DNA from: Paragordius varius
Taxonomy: Eukaryota; Animalia; Nematomorpha
Length of the DNA stretch: 64,000 nucleotides
Direction of reading: 5' to 3'
Assembly: GCA_964247055.1 (NCBI GenBank)
Contig: OZ176053.1
Coordinates: 8,742,001 to 8,806,000, forward strand
Shown here: positions 14,501 to 25,236 of the stretch, one piece after another
Position numbering within the stretch: position 1 is the stretch's first letter
Layout: each line of letters opens with the position of its first letter
Notes under the pieces: model-generated
Told to the model about the DNA's origin: nothing
What the model saw: only the letters and a program-made list of their open reading frames with translations
Databases searched by the model: none
Program-made: the position numbers and the translations under genes

Positions 14501-17500
14501 TACTTTACCTTATGTACTATTTGTTTTAGAGAACGAACTGGAAAAATTAGCGTGTTAGCATTTAAAGTAGCCATCGTCCTTTTGTGTCGTGCTCATCTGA
14601 ATGACAAATATAGATGTATGTTCTTTTCATTTTGTAATCAGTAAAAATTGTAATCATACCACATATATTTTTTTCTAAAAGACAGCCATATTTTTATACC
14701 TAAATTGTTAATTTTAACCTATCGTTTCAACACGCAAATGAAGTGTAAATTAGCACCACACTCAATTATAATTGTTTTTTAGTTTTTACCTTTTGTCAGA
14801 ATCATCATTCCTGTAAGTTATTAATTTCAATCTTAAATTTACCTAAATTTTTAGATCTCTTTCAGCTTGTAGCAGATCCATCTGGCAAAGCTAATCCCGT
14901 CAAATTAGCTGAACTTATGAACCAAATGCTAAAAGTAAATTTGAATAAAAATATTTATTTTTTAAAATAAAATCTAAAAGAATAATGTATTAATTTTTCT
15001 TTCTTTTTTATTACTAGATTCCAATATATTTGGGAGAAATTGATGCTTTTGGAGGGCCAGATCCAAGTATTAGTGCAAAAGCTTGCTTTGATTACACTAT
15101 CGCTCAAAGACAAAAAGGTACATTATTTCGGCATTCAAATTTTATATTAATTTATATAGTATTTCGTTCACATTCCATTGTTTTTGGCCAAATTGGTTTA
15201 ATTCTGGTTCTACCAATAGAAATTCGCAGTCTGAATTTTTGTTGAAATGTATAATCAAAAAAATATAAATACATGCTCACCACTCTCGAAAATATCCAAA
15301 AATATTATTTTTGAATTAAATAGTATAAATACAACATAATAGGATTCTTAAATCGGTTTTAATGACGGTTTTATTTTGGAATCGTTTTTGCCAAAACAAT
15401 CTAATGGTGCCGCAAAAAATTTATTACAATGCGTTTTATAAACTATATTTAAATATAAAAGGCACCAATCATCCAAGTAATTCACCCAACATTTCGAATT
15501 CAATGTCGTCATCAGACAACGCTATAAATGCCCATGAGTTTATAACTTGGGCTGATACGGACCCTCAATCTATCGTTTGGCTTCCGGTACTTTATCGATT
15601 AGCTTCGGCAGAAACGGCCAAGCATCAATCCAAATGTAACATTTGTAAGTGTTACCCCATCATTGGATTAAGGTTTTTTCCCTCGAATAAAATTATATAT
15701 ATTTTGAGTATGCCCTTATTAATATATTTTCTTTTATGTAATATATGGTTCAATTTTCTTTTCCCTCTTATGAGGACACGTCAAATGTTTTATTACTAAT
15801 GTTATTGTATTACAAAAAATTTAGATATCGATGCCTTAAATGCTTTAATTTTGATATCTGTCAAAATTGTTTTTTCCAAGGGAAAAAATACAAATCTCAT
15901 AAGCCATTTCACCCGATGCATGAATACTCTACTCCGGTAATTATTTTTTGCATTTAAATAAACAACAGCTTGACTCAAAAAATGATTAATTTAATCAAAT
16001 GTTTTATCATCGGCATCAAACTCTATTATAAATTATCTTCTTGACAAAAATATTTTTAGTAATTATTTCATACATATTGAGAGATACATTATTTCAAATA
16101 GACGACAACGGGTGAAGACGTTAAAGATATGACAAAAACGCTTAAAAACAAACTGTTATTCAGATCCAAAAAATACTTTTCCTCCCATCCTAAATTTGGT
16201 TATACACCCATCAAAAATGAAACAATAGATAGTGGACAAACTGGTAGAGGTATCATATATTGTCTATTTAATATCATACAAAACAATTTTTGACATATGT
16301 CAAGAATATCACACATTTTTATCTTTGAAGAAATAGTGAATTTTAAAATTGGTTTCTACATGTATAAAAAATACAGTAACCCTGAAAGATATGGTGTAAA
16401 ATTGTAAAATAAAAACAAATATCTTTTTATAAAAAGAAAGTAAATTAAATGTCAAAAAATTTCAATAAAATGCGACAAAAGTAAGTCAACCATAGAATTA
16501 TTTGATTTTATGAGCTGCCAATACGAATAGGTGAGATTCGGAGTTCACAGCATTTTATTACAATTCCAATATCTAAACTATATGAAATTAAGCATTCAAA
16601 AATATAATTATCTTTTTTTTTGATGGGGCTTTTATTCAAAAAACTTTAACTCACAACTTTAAATACAGTAAAAATTAAAATTATACGAAAAGTAAAAAGA
16701 TAAAGACAAATATTTCATTTTATAAGACCGGCTACCATTTTTAAACCTGAATTCCCATAAAATTACTCATAATTCTAAATTATATAATTGATTATGTTAC
16801 CAATATACAGCTCTATTTTTACTTTGCAAATTTAAACAATGAGTTTAATTGCAAAAAATAAAAAAGTATGGTTGTCTTTTAGAAAATATACCTAACCTTT
16901 TGTTCGTGTAGTATAATTTAACTTTACTTATTTTATGTGTGGTGCCTTAGCTGATACGGCCCATGGCAATGTTCGTGATTCTGATTTAGGGCGTCCTCCT
17001 CCTGGTGCTGGTCCTTCTACTTCTACGCATCTCGGCATTAATAATCCACAATCAATGCTAGAATCTGACCCAAACTCCAACAGTATTATGACACCACCGA
17101 CTGGCTCCTCTCTGAATGCAACGGAGGAACGGGCTCCACTTATTTCGTATGGGAATACTCACATACGTTATCATCACCATCATGATGTCTCACCCCAAAA
17201 TAATACCTATGATAAAGCATCAAATAATCGCCATAGTTTACAAAAAGAACCCCTTCTACAATACCATCACTATCCACCAATTTATCAACAACCAAACTTA
17301 CTACAAAAACAACAAACTGTAAACCATGAAAAGTCATCCTCATATAAATCTTTGGCGGCGGCTGCACCACAATCGCTCCATGTTTCAACTCATAGTAAGG
17401 GACATATATAGTTTTGAATTTATACAAAACTTGAAATTATACAGACAAAACGTAGAAACATAAAGTCATATTTTTCAAAGGATAACCTAATTTTTTAACC

Positions 17501-20500
17501 TGAATTCTTACATAATCGTATAATATACCATTTACAGTTCAAATTCACCCTTGACCAATTGAAATTCTCACCTTAAAAATAAATTATGTGTTTTTGAACT
17601 AATATAACTTATTATTAATATAAAATATATCTTTATAGCATAGTTTATTATTTTTCAGTATTTTTTAATTTAAAAAAATTTTTTTAAAAAAATATAGGTA
17701 ATATTAATATTAAATAACATATAATTTATTTGAGGGAATTGAATTGTTTAGGGGTGATGAATCGTTCATGGGTGCATATGAATTGTAAATGGTATAATAG
17801 TAAAATATTTAGTTTTTAAAAAAATTGTCTGATTTTTTAACATTTTGTATATAATTTCAATTTTCACTGTATAAGTTATAGGGGGTTTATCTTGGTAGAA
17901 TATTTTTTAATAGTTTTTGGTTCAAACACTGTAGTTTTAATTAAAAATAATTAAAAATTATAATTTTTCTATCTATATAGTAAAAAATAATCAATATACC
18001 TTTAATCTTTATGGTTGGTTGGTTTTTCCTAAGTCGTAAACGACTTTTTGGATATAGTTTTAACTATTTCTTTCCATTTTTTTTCTATCTTTAACCGCTA
18101 TATTGAGCTCTTTCAGTGTCATTTTGGTCTCTTCTTTTATCATATCCAACCACCTCATCGGTGGTCGGCCTCGTTTCCTTTGCCCTTCTACCTTCCCAAA
18201 CATTGTATCTTTCTCCAGAGAATTCGATCGCATGACATGACCAAAATATGTTAACTTTCTTTTTAGAATTATCTCCATGATGTTTGTTTTAGGTTTTATT
18301 TCTGTAGTTAGATTTTCATTCTTAATTTTATCCTTCCAGGTGTATCCTAGCATCCTACGCCAGCAACTCCTTTCAAAAGCCATGAGCCTTTCTTTGTCCT
18401 TTTTTCTGAGAGTCCAACTCTCACATCCATATGTGGTGACCGGGAGAACGAAACAGTAGAGTAATCTTTTTTTGGTTTCAACTCCTACGCTTTTGTTTTT
18501 CCAAATCTTTATTAATTTGGTCATCGCTTCTCTACCCAATCCTATTCTCTTTCTGATGTCAGGAGTTGAAGACCCATCCTCTGAAATTATTGCGCCCAAA
18601 AACGTTAACTGTTTAACTATTTCTATTTCTACTCCTTCTATTATAATTGTAGGCTTTTTTCCTGTACATAATATTTTGGTTTTGTTAGGATTAAGCCTAA
18701 GACCATACCTCAAACTTTCCTTTCGAATCTCTTCAATCAATTCCTTCAAATCATTTGCACTTTCAGCTATAAGAGTGGTATCGTCTGCAAACCTTAAATT
18801 ATTAATTGTTCTCCCTCCTATTCTTACTCCAATATTTTTACCATCCAACTTCCTCATTATCATTTCTGTGCACATATTGAACAGATAGGGGGATAAGCAA
18901 CACCCTTGTCTGACTCCTTTCAAGATTGGTATTTCGTCTGTGTCCCCCGCTGGTGTTCTAATAATCGCTCTTTGTTTTACATACAGAGAGCTAAAGTGAG
19001 ACGATACCCCTACTAACTTTAATGTTTCCCACAAGGAGTCATAGTTAATTGAATCGAATGCTTGTCTGTAATCAATAAAACACATGTATAATTCTTTCTG
19101 GAACTCTTTTGATGTTTCCATTATCCTTCTCATGTTTGAGATATGGTCTCTTGTGCTTTTTCCCTTCATAAATCCGGCTTGATTTTCTGGTATTTCTGTC
19201 TGTATGATACTGTGCATTCTGTTTTGTATTACTTTTAGTAAGACCTTACTAGCGTGGCTAATAAGAGATATGTTCCGATAATTCTCGCATTGGAGTACAT
19301 CTCCTTTTTTATATATTGGGAGATATACAGATGATGCCCAATCGTTTGGTCACTCACATGTTTACCACACCTTTTGACATAACTGGTGTAACTTTTCAAC
19401 GGGAATAGCTTTTATGAACTCTATTGGGATATTGTCTAATCCCATCGCTTTGTTGTTAGGAATTTGTTTTAAGGCTAATTCAACCTCCTCTCTTAATATA
19501 TCTGGATCACGTTCTTCTTCTTTTAATTGCAACACCTTTGTTTGAGGAGCCTGATAGAGTTTTTGGGTGTATTCCTTCCATCTTTCTCGTACTTCTGTTT
19601 GTTTGCACAATATGGTGCCATTCTCTTTTTTAATCTTTTGTGATGATATAAAAGGTTTATGAGTCATTTGCTTCAGTTTCTGGAACATTGGTTGCATTAA
19701 TCCTTTTTTGTTATTTAATTCCACTTCCAGACATTGTTTATTAAGAAAATCTTCGTAATCCTTCCTTGTTTGTCGTTGAAATTCTTTGTTATATAATTTT
19801 ACCATTTTATTATCACCTCTTGATTTAGCTTTTCTCCTCTTTTCTGCTATCTCTATACTCTTTTCTGATATCCATTTGTTATCTTTCCTCTTTACTCTCT
19901 GCACTTTTTCTTTTGCCACTTCATTAACAACATTTTTTATCGTTCCCCATAATTGTTCTGAGCTACATCCATTGTCCAATCTTCCTAATCTATCTTTGGT
20001 TTCTGTTCTAAAACTATTTGGAATGTTCCGAGTGTCATATCTGTATATCTGTTTAACCTTATTTTTAATTATTTTAAGTTTGATTTTGGTTATTAAAAGC
20101 TCATGATCGCTAGAGCAATCGCTGCTTTTGCTTGTTTTGGTATCGATTATAGAGCTTTTCCATTTTTGAGGACACATTATGTAATCAATTTGATTCTTAT
20201 ATTTACCACATGGAGAGGTCCATGTGTATAACCTCCTATTGTGTTGTGGAAACCATGTGTTGGTTATCATCATCTCATTTTCTTGACAAAAATTGATCAG
20301 TGCTTCCCCGGCCTCGTTTCGTTCTCACAATCCATATGGCCCGACTATTTGATCTACTCTACCTCTACCAACTTTGCTGTTCGAATCCCCTCCTATGATA
20401 ATCATATCTCCTTTCTTCGTTTCATCCAAAACTATTTGCAACGTTGCATAAAAGTCCTCTATGTCTTCTTTGGGAGCGTTTGACGTAGGAGCATAGACTA

Positions 20501-21667
20501 CTATATATGTAAATTTAAGTGGCTTGGCATTCAGCCTAATACTCATGATTCTGGGTGTATATGGTGTATAACTAATGAGACTTTTATTTAATTTGTTTTT
20601 TATTAATACTGCAACGCCTTCAGATTTCTGGTCATCTCTCCCCGATCTTAACAATGTATAATTTTCGTTTTGTACTTTCGCGCTACCTTTTTGCTTGGTG
20701 TCCGTTAGACCCAGTATATCTATGTTCAATCTTTCCATTTCCTTTTCAATTATCACCTGTTTGGTTGATGTTAAGGAACGTACGTTCCAGCATCCAACTT
20801 TGAAAATTCTTGTTAAGTTCATATAGTAAAACTATTTTTTGGCAGTAATAAACGAGGGTGGTTTGCCATTGTCTTCCCTCTCACTTACCTTCTTTACAAA
20901 AAATAAATATCTAGAATAATTAAAATTAAAGAGTAATCTTTATAAATGTTGTTAATTTGGATAAATTATAAATATTGATATTTTACTCTGTCTGGCAATC
21001 ATAAAGGAAAAATATAAACAAATTGTGGCTAGGCTAGTAAAAATAAAATAATTAGTCACCAAGGAGTAGAGAAAAAAAAAGAGAGAGATCTGTATAACAA
21101 TGATTTTTGATGACTTAAGAATTATGTTACTCTTTAAATTACATACTTAGCATACAAATAAAATAAAAACTCTACAAAACAAAGAAAAAGATTAATAATT
21201 ACTAAAAGGAAACCTATTTTTTAAATATATTTATAGTATATAATAAAATAATACTATCCTTGAATATCCTCCCGCTTTCAATCACATGGTTTCATGCATG
21301 TATATTGAAAAAAAAAAATTAAAATATACGCATTTAAATTTCGATGATAATAACTAAGCCAAAAATCAAATCAATATTTACGTTTATTTTTACCCTATTA
21401 ATTTATTTTTTTAAAGTGTTGTTAAAATTTTTATGATATTAAATATATTTATAACAATAGACTAGTCTTGTATTTTCGCTAAAATATTTATATGTTTAAT
21501 TTATAGGCAAATTAACAGACACCAGCGGATTTGAAGGCTATTCATCAGATAATGAAGAACATGAACTGATATCAAAAATGTGCAAAAATTTATCAAACAA
21601 TCCATCACCCAGTGTTTCAAAGGGTTGGCATGCAAATACGCCCAACATAACTCTACCAATCTATTAA
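1..21667 (+). CDS. DMD: Dystrophin/utrophin-family gene, 3' part (5' end lies upstream of the window): spectrin repeats, WW, EF-hands, ZZ zinc finger, shortened C-terminus
   Basis: Manually spliced GT-AG exons with consistent phases: <1-115, 449-598, 694-852, 1158-1389, 2054-2208, 2296-2398, 2524-2735, 2872-3041, 3565-3696, 4156-4330, 10523-10704, 11467-11623, 11923-12037, 12135-12277, 12362-12499, 12595-12772, 12971-13267, 13602-13665, 13741-13877, 14136-14343, 14530-14615, 14855-14934, 15018-15117, 15462-15672, 15825-15936, 16102-16249, 16951-17394, 21507-21667 (TAA). Motifs: WW ([30 protein letters not shown]), [43 protein letters not shown] ([18 protein letters not shown]...HPMHEY), TTGEDVKD. 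Confidence 0.95.
1847..1899. mobile_element. Degenerate hAT-like DNA transposon terminus
   Basis: GGGTCGCATGCGGCACACGAG...GATCACTCCTG resembles the GGCCGCATGCGGCCCGCG...CACTG end of the hAT element at 25190-25236. No matching second end or TSD found. Confidence 0.35.
6109..7311 (+). CDS. 400-codon Ser/Pro/Thr-rich ORF inside the largest dystrophin intron; candidate alternative first exon of a short dystrophin isoform (or a nested gene)
   Basis: Uninterrupted 1.2-kb ORF that is GC-richer than its flanks, on the dystrophin strand. An in-frame stop lies just upstream of the ATG. A phase-0 GT donor (CAA|GTTGTT, 7299/7300) sits 3 codons before the stop and is compatible with the phase-0 acceptor at 10523. 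Confidence 0.7.
   Translation: MDTNFPPTHPLNPTTSSAIESEEVISRVRDYQFALLENPPTTNRTRTTCNYVYYTCDQPAIPTRAHYISKPLAWNKAGEATTPISVQSNAPTNFKSPQRVIQTPSHNVIPTTYISPHRFCDSVFPSPHGSKTTLPSNVPVMKKPSLPTHHRDTSYDSKIMKHTFHPRRYTDSNNNYYYPGKDTNDVLEGVDGRISRISSPDIKIQPKPGRTMYVSLSRTPSPTPLQLGGNSSRRSYTPLRKTPIGYPYQHPMPQSLLTHASYAQENEIVLPPLAQSEIITVWEREHLSKLTHPSCFRQAERNALLFEHRKQPLLLHSSQVSSPINSRGVVSGITPSRARSCSIRRRQHLQRDKERFLAEESFSPSSHKYSPQKNSTAIASTAKPFYHTQMLSPIKSQVVN
8472..8516. repeat. (TA)n microsatellite
   Basis: About 22 perfect TA units. Shorter (TA)n tracts occur near 33126-33151, 59924-59950 and 60878-60902. Confidence 0.95.
10847..11008. repeat. Near-perfect inverted repeat (about 60-bp arms, about 35-nt loop) in a dystrophin intron
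   Basis: Left arm GTTAAATGGGTATAAATATTTGGTAAAGAATGGAAAAAACAAGAGCTCTTTGGTA. The right arm is its reverse complement with about 3-4 mismatches. Confidence 0.9.
17526..17794. mobile_element. MITE (TIR TACCATTTACA..., TA-flanked), copy 1
   Basis: Termini TACCATTTACAGTTC / GAATTGTAAATGGTA are inverted repeats with TA on both sides. The internal sequence is similar to 24409-24689. Confidence 0.8.
18013..20933 (-). mobile_element. RTE-clade non-LTR retrotransposon, near full length, inactivated (APE endonuclease + reverse transcriptase)
   Basis: ORFs 20822-20325, 20273-19362 and 19217-18060 are in one frame, separated only by stops (TGA 20327-20325, TAA 19364-19362, TGA 19352-19350). APE motifs: [31 protein letters not shown] motifs: [35 protein letters not shown]. 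The 3' end carries an (AACC)3 tail. 10-bp TSD TAATCTTTAT at 18003-18012 and 20934-20943. Confidence 0.95.
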
Positions 21668-22388
21668 CAACAAAATGTGTTGTTGTTACCCTTAAAATCT
21701 TATATTAATGAACAAAAAGCCAAAAAACCCAAATTTAACTAATTAAAATCTAAAGAAGTATTACAAACATGTGAATATGCTATCAGTGTTTTTTAAAGTG
21801 ATTACTTTTATGGTATATTTTGATAGCTGAAAATTAAAATGATGGCACTCGGTATTTAACTTAAACCACACCTGAAACATTAAGTATTATCACACATTAC
21901 CTTGTTTGTGATAATTATTATATATATGTAGTTTCCACTGCCTTTTAGCACATGTTCTGAATACTCATCGCCATCAAAATATTACATTATTTATGTATTT
22001 TCCAATAAATTGGATAAAAGCTTTTTTATCAAATAAAATATATTGTTTAAATATAGGTGCTTTTTAACACTATTGTAGACGTATAACCGTATATGTTTTA
22101 TTTTTAAAGGCGCTTAATAAAAATTTTATTTTTATTATTTTGCAACGCATTCGCTGATGTTTTTATGTGATTTGTGAATTCCTCATTTTCAAGATACCTG
22201 CATAATTATTTTAATCGTTTTGTTATTTGTAACATATTATAATGTATATAAATAGTTAATATCATGTATTTGAAATTATTATAATTTTTATTTATTTTGT
22301 CTACGAATAATAATTATTATTATTATATATTACGTAATATATGATGGTAGCAACAATAAATCGAAAAAATAAATTGTATCAAATTCTG

Positions 22389-24013
22389 TCATTTTTTCTT
22401 TTTAAGCGCATCAAAGCGCCGATTTAAATCATCATAATCGATATCGGGCATAGTCATAACTGTGGAAGTTTCATTTTCATTCGGGGCAAGTGTATTTATG
22501 TGTTTATCATTTTTGCTTTTTTCAGTGGGTTTTTCAATTTTCTCATTATTGTTTCCAGCATCGTTGGCTTGTGGCACATTATTAACGAAATCCAAAGCAT
22601 TTGGATTTTTTAGCATTTGACTAAAACATAATGTAAATTTTGTCATGTGAAATCATTCATCAAGAGTTTATATCGCTATACAATCTTGTGCATCTTATTT
22701 AAGAATTTTCAATTAACTGGTTTTGGACCAGATTCGTTTTTGTTTAAAGTCGCACATTTTAATAAAAATTTTAAATTGAAAGGTTTTGAATCCTATGAGA
22801 TATTTTCAAAGATCGTAATTTTATATATATTATAGATTGTTGTTGATTTGCATTCAATGTGATTAAAAATATATAAATAATAATGAGCTAAAATTACTTG
22901 TAAAAATCCAATAAAGACTTTTAGAATTTAATTAAAGAGAAAAAAGATAAAATTCCCAAAATTAAAAGAAAAAGTTTAATAAAATTTGTTTGAAGCCAAA
23001 AAAACGAAGTGATATTGATAACAATCGTTAAAAATAACAATAAAAATCATATATTTAACATATAAAATATTCTACTCATTCGATGCCTCAAGGTAACTTG
23101 GCGGAGCCACATTTTCCGTAAAATGTGGAGCTGTCGGGGTTTCCCCGTTCGATAAATCTGTCATGATATGTGGATATTTGAAACCAACGCTCGGGGGTCT
23201 GTTTTGAACAAGGGTAGTATCAGAGATCGTAGCGTTATAGCTGTTAATTAAATGTTTTGGATTGCTATTATTATTGACATTTGGATATGAGGGATTTGTG
23301 GACGTGGCATTTAGGAAATCCAATAATTGTTTTTCACTATCTTGAATTTCATCTTCTTTCATGATGAGGGGATCGGGGACATAAGGTACATTATGGCTTT
23401 TTCCAATCTCTATAAGATATTTCTCAACCAAAAGTTTTGGAGGAGCTTGAACTGACATTTTTTGAATTAACTTTTCATTAACCGTGTTTAATGAATTATC
23501 CCGAACCGATTTGGCAAACTCAATCCCATACTTCTGAATCAAGATATCGGCAATGATTTTCATTTCAGGTACATCAGCTTGCAACCTGGGTGCCACCCAA
23601 ATTAGTGATGATATAGCTTCCTTTAAACCTTCGTCAAGAGAGCTATTTTCAAGTATAACATAATATATATTGATTATAATTAATAATATAGGATACAAAT
23701 TTAACATAAATAATTGATAAATTTAAAATATATAGTATAACAACCTAATTTGTTGAATAAGACCGAATCGAGCCAATAATAAATCACATAACATTTCCAC
23801 AATTTCCATAGCTTCTACCATATAGTCTTCACGAATTATATGTTCAACTCGAATTTTCGCTCTATCAACTTTATTTATGCTCATGTAATCGGCAATTTCT
23901 TTCCTAGCTTTGAGAGCTATTTCTGTTTTCTTTCTTTCCAATAATTTTAACCGATTAATAGCCAATCTAAGATTGGTTTTGAGTTTGTTGTAATTAGGAT
24001 TGCTTAACGGCAT
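22389..24013 (-). CDS. IST1: IST1 (ESCRT-III-associated factor)
   Basis: Exons 24013-23745, 23642-23076, 22620-22389. N-terminal KLKTNLRLAINRLKLLERKKTE...EHIIREDY...CDLLLARFGLI; C-terminal MIM1-like DIDYDDLNRRFDALKKKK*. Confidence 0.95.
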
Positions 24014-24093
24014 CAGAGATGAGTCATAACGAATGGTAATATGAATGGATATTTTAAAACCTGATACTATTTTTTGATTTTTACACCTTATAT

Positions 24094-25236
24094 CAGTGGT
24101 ACTCACCAAAAAAATTTAACGGGCCAAATAAAATATATTTTTTATTTCGAGGGCTATGAACCTTATTATAGCAAATATTCCATAGCTATTTGACACATAT
24201 GCACATAGTTATACTCTAAATCAGCACAATGAATTTTTTGCATATCGCATGTAAATCCAGCTAAAAACTCGTTTTGCACCATTTAGTTTAACAAATCAAA
24301 ATATTTTAACAACATTTATTTTCATAATGATTTTTTGGTAATTTATAAGAATGATAGATTGTAAAATATCTTTTTTATATTTTTTATAAATATATTGTCC
24401 TTACATATATCATTTACAGTTCATCACCCTCGAACAATTCAAATTACCCCTTCAACAAATCAAATTCATCCTAAAAATAAATTGTGTTTTCGGGCACTAA
24501 TATAACTCAGTATCAAGAAATATATCTTTATGGCATAGTTTATTATTTTTTTTAGTAATTTTTAATTTAAACCAAGTTTTAATTTTTAAAAATATAATAA
24601 AATATAGGTAATTTTTAATATTAAAAAACATATAATTTATTTGGGGGGAATTTGAATTGTTTAAGGGTGAATTAAATTTGTAAATGGTATATAAGACAGG
24701 CACAACATTTTTATTTAAAACGACAAAGAATTTTTCTCCCCATTCCTTTTTAGAAGAGCGATTTTCATCGCATAATTTACGTTTTTTAGCATTAGATGTC
24801 ATCTTTTGAGTTTGTGTTTAAATATTATGTAAATTTTTTAAAAAAATATATAATTTGAATTATGCTACAAAAAAACAGGTTGAAATTTCATGATGTTAAT
24901 TTGAAAAATATTTTATGGGAATGAGTTATAAAAATGATACCGGATAGCAATGAAAAGAATATGTATATGCAAGTTTGAGTGAAAGGTTTGCTTAAATACA
25001 AAAAAGGAATATAAAAATTTCAAAAAATTAAATAGAATACAGAAACAGAAACAATGTGTGCCAAAATTTTTGCCAAAATTAAATCTAAAAAAATAAATTA
25101 TATAAAATAAGCGATTATTCGCTTATGTATTTTAAAAATTCTTTAATTAAAAAATCAGGTATCAATATGGTCATAGGGCAATTTTAAAGTACTCAGGGCC
25201 ACATGCGGCCCGCGGGCCGCGGTTTGAGTACCACTG
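24094..25236 (-). mobile_element. Non-autonomous hAT element (SPIN/Charlie/GTF2IRD2-like transposase remnant)
   Basis: TIR CAGTGGTACTCA at both ends. 8-bp TSD CCTTATAT / CTTTATAT (1 mismatch). GGCCCGCGGGCCGC subterminal motif. The remnant ORF MTSNAKKRKLCDENRSSKKEWGEKFFVV...PV-L-CK...YNL...HYENK matches the N-terminal zinc-finger region of this transposase family. Confidence 0.85.
24409..24689. mobile_element. MITE copy 2, nested in the hAT transposase remnant
   Basis: Same TIRs and internal sequence family as 17526-17794. It interrupts the remnant coding sequence at a TA dinucleotide. Confidence 0.8.

Noticed and set aside
19350-20327. In-frame TGA/TAA codons in the RTE ORF at Gly, Trp and polar positions, suggesting stop-codon reassignment or readthrough
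   Set aside because: Host genes have no in-frame stops and end in TAA/TAG. Each stop is one substitution from the expected codon (GGA to TGA, TGG to TGA), and the copy also has a frameshift and a deletion. This is ordinary decay.
18048-20483. Plus-strand ORFs overlapping the RTE (e.g. 18472-18888, 19786-20106)
   Set aside because: They are antisense shadows of the retrotransposon coding sequence.
24014-24109. N-terminal extension of the IST1 ORF in the ORF track (MVSTTDIRC...)
   Set aside because: It starts inside the hAT TIR. Homology begins at MPLSNPNYNKL (ATG 24013).
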